IMG/VR virus record: IMGVR_UViG_3300049740_000832
Source of the DNA: a virus
Length of the DNA: 64,000 nucleotides
Direction: 5' to 3' (one strand)
In this document: piece by piece, positions 47,536 through 57,201 of the stretch
How the letters are laid out: the number at the start of each line of letters is the position of its first letter
Numbering within the stretch: the stretch's first letter is position 1
Notes under the pieces: model-generated
Told to the model about the DNA's origin: nothing
Databases searched by the model: none
What the model saw: the letters and a program-made list of their open reading frames with translations, nothing else
Made by a program: the position numbers and the translations under genes

Positions 47536-47783
47536 TGGATGTTATAACCGCAATTAAAGATTTCGGTTTTCCTATTGTAGCGGCGGTTGGTATGTTGTAT
47601 ATGATTTATTTCGTCTGGAAAACAATTACAGAGAAGATTGAAGTCTTTCTATCTGAAACTCAAACTACACTGGTTGGTTTGATTGACCGTGTTCGTATGT
47701 TGGACAATGATATCATTCGTCTACAACAAAAACTTGATACAGCGATTGAAGTAAAGAGAAGAGAAGATGAATCAAAAGAATAG
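47535..47783 (+). CDS. Single-TM coiled-coil protein (paralogue of upstream gene)
   Basis: FGFPIVAAV; DRVRMLDNDIIRL versus NRVKTMNHDLIRL. Confidence 0.65.
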   Translation: MDVITAIKDFGFPIVAAVGMLYMIYFVWKTITEKIEVFLSETQTTLVGLIDRVRMLDNDIIRLQQKLDTAIEVKRREDESKE

Positions 47784-48294
47784 AGATATGTTTCGTAAAT
47801 CTATTGGGCCAAATATCTGGTCAGGAGCAGATTTATGGAAAGCATTTATCGTTGGCGTAGTGGTTGGTATAATAGTGTTCTGGACAACAGATGCGATAGG
47901 CGCACCAATCGAATACAGTTTCAAGTCGCCATCATTCAATGGTGTCAATCAGTCATCACACTATCTGACGATTGAGAATCAAGAAACATCACGCAAAGAA
48001 GCAATAAAACAAGAATTAGAAGACTTACAAAAACAATTAGAACGAGACGCAAAGAATACGACACTTGCTAAGTTTATACGAAATGTAGAAAGTCGAATTT
48101 ACTCTACACTGTCCAGACAACTTGTGGAAGAGATGTTCGGTGAGAACCCATCAGATTCAGGTGAATTTGAGATTGAAGGCGCGGGTATCTCATATGTAAA
48201 AGATGATTTAGAAAACGAAGTGGAGTTAACGGTAACTGATGAAGATGGTAGCCAGACTGTCATTGTTATTCCTATCGGCGATTTTGGTTTCTAG
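47767..48294 (+). CDS. csgF: Curli assembly protein CsgF-like
   Basis: Hydrophobic leader, then Y.FKSPSF.G, F..N.ESRIYS.LSRQL, G.F; directly upstream of csgG. Confidence 0.78.
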   Translation: MNQKNRDMFRKSIGPNIWSGADLWKAFIVGVVVGIIVFWTTDAIGAPIEYSFKSPSFNGVNQSSHYLTIENQETSRKEAIKQELEDLQKQLERDAKNTTLAKFIRNVESRIYSTLSRQLVEEMFGENPSDSGEFEIEGAGISYVKDDLENEVELTVTDEDGSQTVIVIPIGDFGF

Positions 48295-49042
48295 TTGCAC
48301 GACCCACAAATGGGATGTCCCCTCGCAACCAGAATCAGCAAAAGTTCAAGTGGCTCTTCTGACAGAAGAATTACAGAATATTGAACCTCCGATACGAAGA
48401 CCAACGGTGGCGTTATATGCGTTCACCGACCAAACAGGACAGAAGAAACAAAACGCAAACGGCGGAACATCATTTAGTTCTGCGGTTACCCAAGCACCAG
48501 AAGTTTATCTGATTCGTGCTTTGACTCGTGCGGCTAACGGTCAGTTCTTTAAGGTGGTTGATAGGTCTGCACTAGATTGGTTAACGAGAGAGAGACAACT
48601 CATAAGACAGACACGAAGTTCTTATGAAGGTGATGGTGCAAAAAAATTACCGGCATTGACCTTTGCTGGTATGATAATTGCAGGCGGTATAGTAGGATAT
48701 GACCACTCTACCGAAAGCGGAGGTGCGGGTGCGAGATATCTCGGCATCGGCTCTTCCAGAGAGTTTAGTCGTGACACAGTGACAATCAACATGAGGTTGA
48801 TAAGTGTTGCGACTGGCGAGGTTTTACTTGATGTCATAACAAGTAAGACCATACTATCTGTCGCGTTTGGCGGAGACGTATTTCGTTATGTGGAACAGGG
48901 CACTCGACTCGTTGAGATTGAGTCTGGGACTGCCCGAAACGAAAGCGTTTCGATTGCCACTCAACGAGCGATTGAAACAGGTGTCTTAGAACTTATAAAA
49001 CTCGGAAATAGAAAAAAGTTCTGGACATTCAAAGGAGAGTAA
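48245..49042 (+). CDS. csgG: Curli secretion channel CsgG lipoprotein
   Basis: Lipobox LVSS-C; VALYAFTDQTGQ.K, FSSAVTQ, F.VVDR, L.RERQLIR, GG.GARYLGIG, TGEVL..V...KTILS. Confidence 0.93.
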   Translation: MVARLSLLFLSAILVSSCTTHKWDVPSQPESAKVQVALLTEELQNIEPPIRRPTVALYAFTDQTGQKKQNANGGTSFSSAVTQAPEVYLIRALTRAANGQFFKVVDRSALDWLTRERQLIRQTRSSYEGDGAKKLPALTFAGMIIAGGIVGYDHSTESGGAGARYLGIGSSREFSRDTVTINMRLISVATGEVLLDVITSKTILSVAFGGDVFRYVEQGTRLVEIESGTARNESVSIATQRAIETGVLELIKLGNRKKFWTFKGE

Positions 49043-49043
49043 G

Positions 49044-49781
49044 ATGAACACTTTACAAAGAATTTTTGTGATGTTGTTCCTAGTAAACGCAGGGACATCG
49101 CCCGTATGGGCTGATAATGCGGTCTACATTGACCAAGTAGGGTCAGGTGTAGATATCGATGTTACTCAAGACGGTAGTGGAAACACAATTAGTAACAATG
49201 CTAATGACACAACCAAAATGAAGGTTGATGGCGATGACATCAATTTGAGTATCGATACCGTTGGTGATACCAACAAAGTTCTTGGTGCTATTATAGGTGA
49301 CAACAGTGATGTTGATTTAGACATCGATGGCGACACCAATACAGTCACAATCGACATTGATGGAACTGACACCTATGGTGCTGGTAACGGCAATGTGGTA
49401 ATCGATTTGGACGGCGGTAATAACACACTGGACTTGAGCATTGGTAACAACGACCAAGCAACGGGCGCAGATGTTGACTGGATTGTTGACGGTGACTATA
49501 ACAGTGTAACTGCTGATATTGACATCAACAACGCAACAAATAGCATTGACTTCGCTGGAGACAATGTAACAATCGATTATGATGGTGACGGATATGATGG
49601 TCACTCTGTAACAATCGATGGCGTTGGAACAACAAACTACTGGGATATTCAAATAGACCAACAGTCAACGTTACAGTCTGATACATTGAGCATTGAAATC
49701 GAGGGTTCAGGTGACACGACTACAGATAATACCTTATGTGTTTCTCAGTCTGATTCTGGCACCGCTACCGGCTGTCAGTAA
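49044..49781 (+). CDS. Secreted curlin-like beta-solenoid repeat protein
   Basis: Sec signal ending VWA; NAVYIDQVGSG.DIDVTQDGSGN, then roughly 11-residue x-hydrophobic-x-hydrophobic-x-G-D-x-N repeats; C-terminal Cys pair. Confidence 0.7.
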   Translation: MNTLQRIFVMLFLVNAGTSPVWADNAVYIDQVGSGVDIDVTQDGSGNTISNNANDTTKMKVDGDDINLSIDTVGDTNKVLGAIIGDNSDVDLDIDGDTNTVTIDIDGTDTYGAGNGNVVIDLDGGNNTLDLSIGNNDQATGADVDWIVDGDYNSVTADIDINNATNSIDFAGDNVTIDYDGDGYDGHSVTIDGVGTTNYWDIQIDQQSTLQSDTLSIEIEGSGDTTTDNTLCVSQSDSGTATGCQ

Positions 49782-50817
49782 GGATGTCGGTCTCATAGAC
49801 CGTGCAGTCGGCTGGAGACAAGTAGTTAGAGACACAAATGAAATCGAACCTGAAAAGGGGTTTGATATAATAGCAAAAGACGACCTTCGCACAGGCGAGG
49901 GGCGTATGCAAGTGAAGTTCGTTGATGATTCGAAACTTCGCATGACCGAACACACACGCATTGTGATTGACAATGTGGTGTTTGATGATGACCCAAGTAA
50001 GTCTGACCTTGCAATGACATTCGCGCAGGGAACTGCTCGTTTCATTACGGGTAAACTTGGGACGATTGAGAAAGAGAATATTAGATTGAGAACACCGACT
50101 GCCTCAATCGGTATTCGCGGCACAGACTTTACTGTGACCGTAGACGAGTTTGGTCGCACACTTGTAGTATTATTACCTGATGTGAATGGTATATCATCGG
50201 GTGAGATTATTGTTTCGACAATGACTGGTGAGGTAGTGTTGAACAAACCGTTTCAATCCACCACAACCTCTGTGACTGAGGCGCCTCCCAGCAATCCTGC
50301 CATTCTAGACTTGACTCTAGATATGTTGGATAATATCTTGATTATCAATCCACCCAAAGAGAGAATGACAGAACAAGAGTTCTATACGTCTGTGGACAGT
50401 CGTAAGAATATCAATCCTCTTGATATTGACTTTCTCGATGAACAACTATTAGATAACGAGGAGTTTGAACGTGACTATCTGGAATTTACTGAACTTGATA
50501 TCAATTTCCTTGATGTGGAACTCCTCGAAAACCTATTAGATAGTTACTCTGACCTAGATGCAGAATTGTTGAAAGAGAAAGAGGATAAGAGTGATACTGT
50601 CGTAGAAGGGACGAGTGAGGGCTTTGACACGGTGACTCAAATCAGCACCGTTGTTGAGGGCGATAAGATTACGATGATTCGTAATGTTCAATCTATCGTG
50701 GAGATATCTGTTTCGAACAGCGAAGAGACATCTATAAATCTAGATGTTGATGGAAAGGAACTTGACCCCATTACGGTCAATGGTGGCGGTAATACCACTA
50801 TAAGTATTAAACAATGA
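49693..50817 (+). CDS. FecR-domain periplasmic protein
   Basis: D.LRTGEG.MQVKFVDDS, GTARFITG, TPTASIGIRGTDF; signal-like N-terminus; acidic tail. Start approximate. Confidence 0.85.
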   Translation: MKSRVQVTRLQIIPYVFLSLILAPLPAVSKDVGLIDRAVGWRQVVRDTNEIEPEKGFDIIAKDDLRTGEGRMQVKFVDDSKLRMTEHTRIVIDNVVFDDDPSKSDLAMTFAQGTARFITGKLGTIEKENIRLRTPTASIGIRGTDFTVTVDEFGRTLVVLLPDVNGISSGEIIVSTMTGEVVLNKPFQSTTTSVTEAPPSNPAILDLTLDMLDNILIINPPKERMTEQEFYTSVDSRKNINPLDIDFLDEQLLDNEEFERDYLEFTELDINFLDVELLENLLDSYSDLDAELLKEKEDKSDTVVEGTSEGFDTVTQISTVVEGDKITMIRNVQSIVEISVSNSEETSINLDVDGKELDPITVNGGGNTTISIKQ

Positions 50818-52646
50818 AAACATGGCATGTCCTTATTACACTGGGGTTGATGATAACCCTGAGACTGCTCGACCCCTTTCTCCTTGAAAGTGCGAGACTG
50901 TCTTTCTTTGACTCGATGCAAAGAGGACAGGAATCAAAACAATCTGAACAGATTGTCCTTATTGATATTGACGAATCGACCCTAGAGAAGTTCGGTCAGT
51001 ATCCAATCCCCCGCGAAACAATGGCAGACGAGTTGGCAAAACTTGGCAATCAGTCAGTGTTAGGTATCAATATCTTATTATCAGAACCAGACAGGTTCGG
51101 AGGGGATGACGCATTTTCAAATATGTTGTTTGAAATGGAAGCGGTAATTGCTATTGCACCAAGCGATAAGACAAACACAGACTCCCGACCAACACCTGTA
51201 GGTGTGGCAACATTCGGTGACCGCGATGCGGTAGAGTTTCGACCTGAACTAGATGGGATGTTATTTGCACTACCTGACTTCATGACAACTGCAATGGGTC
51301 ATGGAACAATCTCTGCAACACAGGATATCGATGGTATCACACGGAGAGTTCCTCTGATTGAGAACTTCGAGGGTCGCATGTATCCTGCCTTTGCACTGGA
51401 TATCCTTCGCGTGGCTGCGGGTGACATATCATATCAAATCAAGACAGACGATTACGGAATACGATTTGTTCGCATACCGAAGTTTGATGTAGTGCAGACA
51501 GACGATAATAGTAATGTGCGTATCGCATTCTGGAATGAGTTCAAGAGATATTCTTTCACAGAGATAGACCAGATACCAAGCGGAAGTATTGCGATACTGG
51601 GTGCGACCTTTAAGGGGACATCTGTCGTATCAACTCCTGTCGGTGCGATGTATCCGCATGACATTCAGGCGAACCTGTTGAAGACGATGATTGATGGTGT
51701 GACTATCATACGGATGCCAGAGTTCAAGTTTTATGAACTTTTCGCAACGATTTTAGTGTCAATAATGATACTATTCATGTTATCTAAACTCTCTATCGTC
51801 ATTTCGGGGGTATTTTTCCTGATTATCAGTTCAAGTTTCGTGAATGGTGCATCACTGATATTCGACAATACCTTTATGCTTCTTGACCCCATTTTCCCTG
51901 TTATAACATTTGTTATAATCTTTGCACATGGTTCGTTTGTCCAGTTCTATACACAATTCAAAGCGAAACAAATGATTAAGGGTCAGTTCGGAACGTATCT
52001 AAGTCCTGACATGGTTGACATGCTTGCTAACGACCCGTCACTGATGAAACTGGGCGGTGAACGCAAAGAGATGACATTCTTGTTCATGGACATCTGTGGA
52101 TTCACCCCGATATCAGAACACTACAAAAACAACGATGACCCCGAAGGATTAGTTAATCTAATCAACGAATACCTGAACGAGATGACCAACATCATTCTAC
52201 ACAACGGTGGAACTATAGATAAGTATATGGGCGATTGTATTATGGCGTTTTGGAACGCCCCTCTACCATGTGAGAATCATGCAGAGATGGCAGTGAAGTC
52301 TGCTATCGAGATAGAGGAGAAGACAAATGAACTTAAAAAGAAATATGAGTCTCGCGGTCTCCCGCCTATTAATGTGGGGACTGGCATTAATACTGGCGAT
52401 TGTATTGTTGGAAACATGGGCTCTGAAAGCAGATTCGACTATTCGGTCATTGGAGATGCCGTCAACCTTGCCGCAAGACTCGAAGCGACTGCCGCAAGAG
52501 AAGACTATGTTGATTTCAAAACAATCTATTCCAGTCACACAATGGAACAACTCACCGATATCAAGTCAAGACCTATAGGTAAAATCAAGGTCAAGGGTAA
52601 AGATGAATTGATTGAGATATACACACATGATACAGATAATCGATAA
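50814..52646 (+). CDS. CHASE2-domain class III adenylate cyclase
   Basis: TM, CHASE2 (IVLIDIDE..L...GQYP..R; D.DG..RRVPL), 3 TM, then cyclase FMDICGFT, DKYMGDCIM, YSVIGDAVNLAARLE. Confidence 0.93.
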   Translation: MKTWHVLITLGLMITLRLLDPFLLESARLSFFDSMQRGQESKQSEQIVLIDIDESTLEKFGQYPIPRETMADELAKLGNQSVLGINILLSEPDRFGGDDAFSNMLFEMEAVIAIAPSDKTNTDSRPTPVGVATFGDRDAVEFRPELDGMLFALPDFMTTAMGHGTISATQDIDGITRRVPLIENFEGRMYPAFALDILRVAAGDISYQIKTDDYGIRFVRIPKFDVVQTDDNSNVRIAFWNEFKRYSFTEIDQIPSGSIAILGATFKGTSVVSTPVGAMYPHDIQANLLKTMIDGVTIIRMPEFKFYELFATILVSIMILFMLSKLSIVISGVFFLIISSSFVNGASLIFDNTFMLLDPIFPVITFVIIFAHGSFVQFYTQFKAKQMIKGQFGTYLSPDMVDMLANDPSLMKLGGERKEMTFLFMDICGFTPISEHYKNNDDPEGLVNLINEYLNEMTNIILHNGGTIDKYMGDCIMAFWNAPLPCENHAEMAVKSAIEIEEKTNELKKKYESRGLPPINVGTGINTGDCIVGNMGSESRFDYSVIGDAVNLAARLEATAAREDYVDFKTIYSSHTMEQLTDIKSRPIGKIKVKGKDELIEIYTHDTDNR

Positions 52647-53118
52647 TTTCCTAGATGAAGAACTCTGGGATGAACTGATTGAAGACTATCATCGATGTCG
52701 TATGTATAGTGCATATGAATATGGTGAGAGACTAGGCAGTGAGTATTATAGAGTTCAGTCTTGGGTGGGGTGTTATCGTAGTGATAATCTGACAGACATT
52801 TATTCAGAAGTGACAGAGAAAATAAAAGGCGAACTGGGTATTGAAGTTCAAAAGATGACCTTCTTCAAACATCCTAAAGAGAGTTTTCCCGAACCGATGA
52901 CATACGGCATGAATATTCCTCAACACATCGATGCGAATTTCGAAAGGTCGGGGGTTCTCTACATGGTAGGAAAAGAAGGTATGGGGACAACTATCAAGGA
53001 TGAATATGTAGAGTGGCAACCAAATCGTGCAATTGCATTTGACGCACAGACTTATCATAATCCAAACTTTGGTGGAAAAGATAGGATTTCTTTAACTTTT
53101 TTTGGAAAAAAGACTTGA
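52628..53118 (+). CDS. 2OG-Fe(II) oxygenase-like protein
   Basis: IIDNFL, HID, SGVLYM, GT, PNRAIAFD...H, R.S. Confidence 0.7.
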
Positions 53119-53177
53119 CATTTTATTCTTGTTGTGATAATATAAGAACATAATCACAAACTAGAAGGAGATTGATT

Positions 53178-54128
53178 ATGGCACATGCAGTAGAAACAAT
53201 GGCGTATGCGGGAGAAGTTCCGTGGCACGGACTTGGTGTTCCTGTATCGAATGACCTGACTCCCCGTCAGATGATGGATAAGGCTGGTCTGGACTGGACG
53301 GTTGAGAAGGAAGACCTTGTAACATCGTCTGGCGCAACAGTGGAAGGCAAACAAGCACTTGTGCGTTCCTCTGACAACAAGGTTCTGGATGTCATCGGTA
53401 AAGGATGGAATCCTGTTCAGAATGAAGAAGCATTTGAGTTCTTCTCTGAGTATGTCCTTGCGGGTGACATGGAAATGCACACCGCTGGTTCACTCAAAGA
53501 CGGTAACATGGTGTGGGGTCTTGCAAAGGTGAAAGATACCTTTGATATTCTTGGTGGTGACCAAGTTGACTCATATCTCTTGTTTTCCAATCCACACCAG
53601 TATGGTAAGTCAATCGACATTCGGTTCACACCGATTCGTGTAGTGTGCAATAACACATTGTCACTCTCACTTGGTCAGAAGGTTGCAAACTCGGTGTCTC
53701 TGAACCACCGCACTACATTCAATCCTGACTCAGTAAAAGAGACTTTGGGTATTGCATCTGAAAAGTTTGCACAATACAAAGAGACCGCAGAGTTTCTTTC
53801 ATCCAAACGTTTTGGTATTAGCGAATTGATTCAATACTACAACGAAGTATTCCCTCGCACCTATCAAGGTAAGAAGGAAGTCAATGTCAAGACTGTTGGA
53901 GACCTGACTACCAATGCTCAAAAAGCATACGAGGTTCTGGAAACTCAGCCTGGCGCAGAGTTCGGTGAAGGAACATGGTGGCAGGCACTGAACAGTGTGA
54001 CCTACCTGACCGACCACCAGATGGGTCGTGAGGCAGACACACGTTTGACTTCTGCATGGTTTGGTTCAAACCAGACACGCAAAGTCCGTGCTGTAGAAAA
54101 AGCGGTGGAGTATGCACTCGCCGCTTAA
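53178..54128 (+). CDS. DUF932 / phage-plasmid conserved protein
   Basis: PWHGLG, AGLDW.V, VQN.EAF.F, TAGSL, TPIRVVCNNTL; early promoter at 53115. Confidence 0.88.
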   Translation: MAHAVETMAYAGEVPWHGLGVPVSNDLTPRQMMDKAGLDWTVEKEDLVTSSGATVEGKQALVRSSDNKVLDVIGKGWNPVQNEEAFEFFSEYVLAGDMEMHTAGSLKDGNMVWGLAKVKDTFDILGGDQVDSYLLFSNPHQYGKSIDIRFTPIRVVCNNTLSLSLGQKVANSVSLNHRTTFNPDSVKETLGIASEKFAQYKETAEFLSSKRFGISELIQYYNEVFPRTYQGKKEVNVKTVGDLTTNAQKAYEVLETQPGAEFGEGTWWQALNSVTYLTDHQMGREADTRLTSAWFGSNQTRKVRAVEKAVEYALAA

Positions 54129-54756
54129 AAATATCAAAGTCTTGGGAGAGGTTGACGTAATCACTTACGTCAATCTCTTTTCAAATATCGATGATAGAGA
54201 TTGGATGGGTGAATTCAATAAATTCACTAAACATTATATTCCAGGCTTCCAAGAACTTGAAATACTCCCTATGTTATATTCTCTCAAGAAGACACATGTA
54301 ACTAAATTTAGAGACGATTATACTGTTGAGGAAGCCGCAAGTAATTGGTCGATTGATAACGCAGTGGACTATAGAACAGGCGGTGGTCTTGGCGAAGATT
54401 ATGTTACCTTGAAAGGTAGGTTGTATGAAAAGTTTTATGATGAAAGATTACTGACCGATATAAAAAAATTACTATCCGATAAATTCGGTGACGGAACAAT
54501 CAGTATGTTTTTGTTAAACCTTATGAATCCACATTCAAATATTGAACCACATGTTGATGATACAACAGGAAACAAAAGGCGTATACACATACCACTCGTA
54601 ACACACCCTGATATTAAATTTCGTAACGGTAATGATGAGATACATATGGAAGTTGGTAAGGTTTATTTGTTTGACCATGAAAAAGAACACTCAGTCATAA
54701 ATCCAACAGATTATGAACGTATTCATCTGATAATGGATTGGAGACCAAATGATTAA
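54112..54756 (+). CDS. Asp/Asn beta-hydroxylase-domain protein (copy 1)
   Basis: I.PHVD, RIHIPL.T, H.V.N....ERIHL. Confidence 0.78.
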   Translation: MHSPLKNIKVLGEVDVITYVNLFSNIDDRDWMGEFNKFTKHYIPGFQELEILPMLYSLKKTHVTKFRDDYTVEEAASNWSIDNAVDYRTGGGLGEDYVTLKGRLYEKFYDERLLTDIKKLLSDKFGDGTISMFLLNLMNPHSNIEPHVDDTTGNKRRIHIPLVTHPDIKFRNGNDEIHMEVGKVYLFDHEKEHSVINPTDYERIHLIMDWRPND

Positions 54757-55372
54757 AGTTCTTGGTGAAGTTGATGTAAGTTATTATATTAATCTCTTCT
54801 CTAATATTGATGATGCAGACTGGATAGATGAATTTTCAAAATTCAGTAAAAAATATATTCCTTTCTTTCGAGAATTGGATAGACTGCCACTTTTGTTAAA
54901 TATGAGAAAAGACTATGAAAATAACTATGAAAGTATTGAAGAGATTATTACTACTTCAGACGTTGGTAATAATCATGATGTTGTTGAGTTTCTAAATGAA
55001 GGCGACTTAAATGATGACATAACCATTAAAGGCAAATTCTACGAAAAATATTACAACAAAAAGTTTTTCGATGAACTTTTCGAAGTTGTCAGAAATGAGT
55101 TCGGTGATGGACAATGTATGACATTGATTTTTAATTTAATGAATCCTCACTCTAGGATTTATCCACACGCAGACGAGAGAACTGGTAATAAGAAACGTAT
55201 ACATATTCCTATCATTACACATCCTGATATTAAGTTTCGTAACGGTAATGATGAGATACATATGGAAGTTGGTAAAGTATACAAAATAGAACATTCTATA
55301 GAACACTCTGTTGATAATCCGACAGATTGTGAACGTATTCATTTAGTGATTGATTGGAAGATTAATGATTAA
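54749..55372 (+). CDS. Asp/Asn beta-hydroxylase-domain protein (copy 2)
   Basis: PHAD, RIHIPIIT, HSVDN, ERIHL; tandem paralogue of copy 1. Confidence 0.78.
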   Translation: MIKVLGEVDVSYYINLFSNIDDADWIDEFSKFSKKYIPFFRELDRLPLLLNMRKDYENNYESIEEIITTSDVGNNHDVVEFLNEGDLNDDITIKGKFYEKYYNKKFFDELFEVVRNEFGDGQCMTLIFNLMNPHSRIYPHADERTGNKKRIHIPIITHPDIKFRNGNDEIHMEVGKVYKIEHSIEHSVDNPTDCERIHLVIDWKIND

Positions 55373-55526
55373 ATTATTAAACTGGATTGGTAGAGTTTTC
55401 TCTACTCAAGATATCGACTATGAGGAAACTCTAGGCGAGGAAGCTCGTCCTCATTGGGTGAAAAACGATGATGACGAATATATTGAAGCAATGTTAAATA
55501 GTGAAAAGGTTATAACAGATGATTAA
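55365..55526 (+). CDS. Small hypothetical protein
   Basis: 53 aa ORF overlapping both neighbours; read manually. Confidence 0.5.
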   Translation: MIKLLNWIGRVFSTQDIDYEETLGEEARPHWVKNDDDEYIEAMLNSEKVITDD

Positions 55527-56088
55527 AGGTGTAACATTACCTCAAGTAACATTTCCAACCCGTGTTCGTAATGATGAACTGGGTGGAGACAACCCATTTG
55601 AATGGCGGAACGTGAGCAGTTCGTTTCTGTTCGGTAGTCAAGATTTGAAAAAACGTGTGGTGGTGTTCTCACTGCCAGGCGCATTTACTCCAACATGTTC
55701 GACATATCAATTACCTGACTTTGAGAAACTCGTGGCAGAAGGTGAGTTTGGGAAGTATGGTATCGATGATATTTACTGCGTATCAGTGAATGACACATTT
55801 GTAATGAACTGTTGGGCAAAAGACCAGAACCTCGAACATGTCAAAGTCGTGCCAGATGGCACGGGTGAGTTCACTCGCAAGATGGGTATGTTGGTTGACA
55901 AGTCGAATATCGGATTTGGTATGCGGTCATGGCGTTATGCGATGATTGTCAAAAACGGTGTGGTTGAGGAATTCTTACCAGAGCCAGGGTTTGCAGACAA
56001 TCATGGTGAAGACCCATATGGCGAATCATCTCCACAGAATGTTCTAAAAGTTCTTGAAGGACTCGAAGTTTCGGGCGCCCCTGTCTAA
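55519..56088 (+). CDS. Peroxiredoxin (Prx5 type)
   Basis: LPGAFTPTCS, SVND.FVM..W, G.RSWRYAM. Confidence 0.92.
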   Translation: MIKGVTLPQVTFPTRVRNDELGGDNPFEWRNVSSSFLFGSQDLKKRVVVFSLPGAFTPTCSTYQLPDFEKLVAEGEFGKYGIDDIYCVSVNDTFVMNCWAKDQNLEHVKVVPDGTGEFTRKMGMLVDKSNIGFGMRSWRYAMIVKNGVVEEFLPEPGFADNHGEDPYGESSPQNVLKVLEGLEVSGAPV

Positions 56089-56173
56089 GTCATTGATATT
56101 ATTGTGAAACAAAGTTCTTGACAATTTCTGCCGAGGCCTTTAATATAAAGGTATAGTGAGAAGAGAGGTTGTT

Positions 56174-56620
56174 ATGGAAATTTACTTGGAAGACAATGGA
56201 TATGACGTTGAGGATTACATCAACGCTGTAGCCGCTGTTCTTGTCCTTGACCAATATGAAGGTGACCTTCGCATCGAACTCAAAAGAAAATGTGATGCAG
56301 ATGCTGGTGGTTACTGTTATGGTGACGAGGATGATATTGATATCGAGATTGCTACGCACGTTCAAGGCGAAGCGCTCGATATCGATACCATCAAAGTGAA
56401 TATCGCTCATGAGATGGTTCATGCTCAACAGATTGCAAGTGGTCGTTTGAAAGACCACGGTATCAAGATTATCGATGACCGTCTGGTCAAAGTTGCAGAG
56501 TGGGATGGTGAGTATCATACGAATACGAAGTATGATGACCAACCGTGGGAAATCGATGCGTATGGTCGTGAAGCACAAGTAGCACAAGAAGCAAAGGAGA
56601 TGCTGGCACAATGGATGTAA
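56174..56620 (+). CDS. HExxH zinc metallopeptidase-like protein
   Basis: IAHEMVHAQQ, Y..QPWEIDAY; early promoter at 56119. Confidence 0.75.
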   Translation: MEIYLEDNGYDVEDYINAVAAVLVLDQYEGDLRIELKRKCDADAGGYCYGDEDDIDIEIATHVQGEALDIDTIKVNIAHEMVHAQQIASGRLKDHGIKIIDDRLVKVAEWDGEYHTNTKYDDQPWEIDAYGREAQVAQEAKEMLAQWM

Positions 56621-57201
56621 ACTTGAAACAGGCGTATAATGAATATCTGCGAAAGCATCGGTTCAAACAGAATCGTGGTGCTAATGGTCGTAATGATACT
56701 GAAAAGTCCAAGACCTATCAGGCAGAGTTTGCTTTCCAGAGACGATACAAAGTCAAAGACTTCAAGACTATTGAGGAAGCACAGAAACGTGCGAAACAAA
56801 TCTACAAGACCAAAAAGTGGCAGAAGGTTTGGAAACTAGAAAGTCGCACAGACCGTGACCTTATAAAACAACCCGCAGTCGTTCTCAAAGAACGTAACAC
56901 AGGTAGAGGTTTTGCTGGTTGGACTGATGGTTGGGCAGTAGTCCTAGATAGTAAAGCAGGGTTGGATGAATACACTCTGTTGCATGAGTTGACACACTGT
57001 TTGGGTCACATGCATCATGGTCGTTCTTTCCGCCGTGCTTTGTTGGAACTAGTCGGTGCATTCATCGGTGCAGATGCCAAGAAGATACTCAAGGAAGAGT
57101 TTACCAAACGCAAACTCAAGTATGGTGTAGCTCGTCAACCATTGACCTACACTCAGTGGAATGCCGCACGAAAGAAAATGGAAAAGATACGAAATGTTTA
57201 A
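56611..57201 (+). CDS. HExxH metallopeptidase-like protein
   Basis: LLHELTH....HHG..F. Confidence 0.7.
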   Translation: MDVNLKQAYNEYLRKHRFKQNRGANGRNDTEKSKTYQAEFAFQRRYKVKDFKTIEEAQKRAKQIYKTKKWQKVWKLESRTDRDLIKQPAVVLKERNTGRGFAGWTDGWAVVLDSKAGLDEYTLLHELTHCLGHMHHGRSFRRALLELVGAFIGADAKKILKEEFTKRKLKYGVARQPLTYTQWNAARKKMEKIRNV

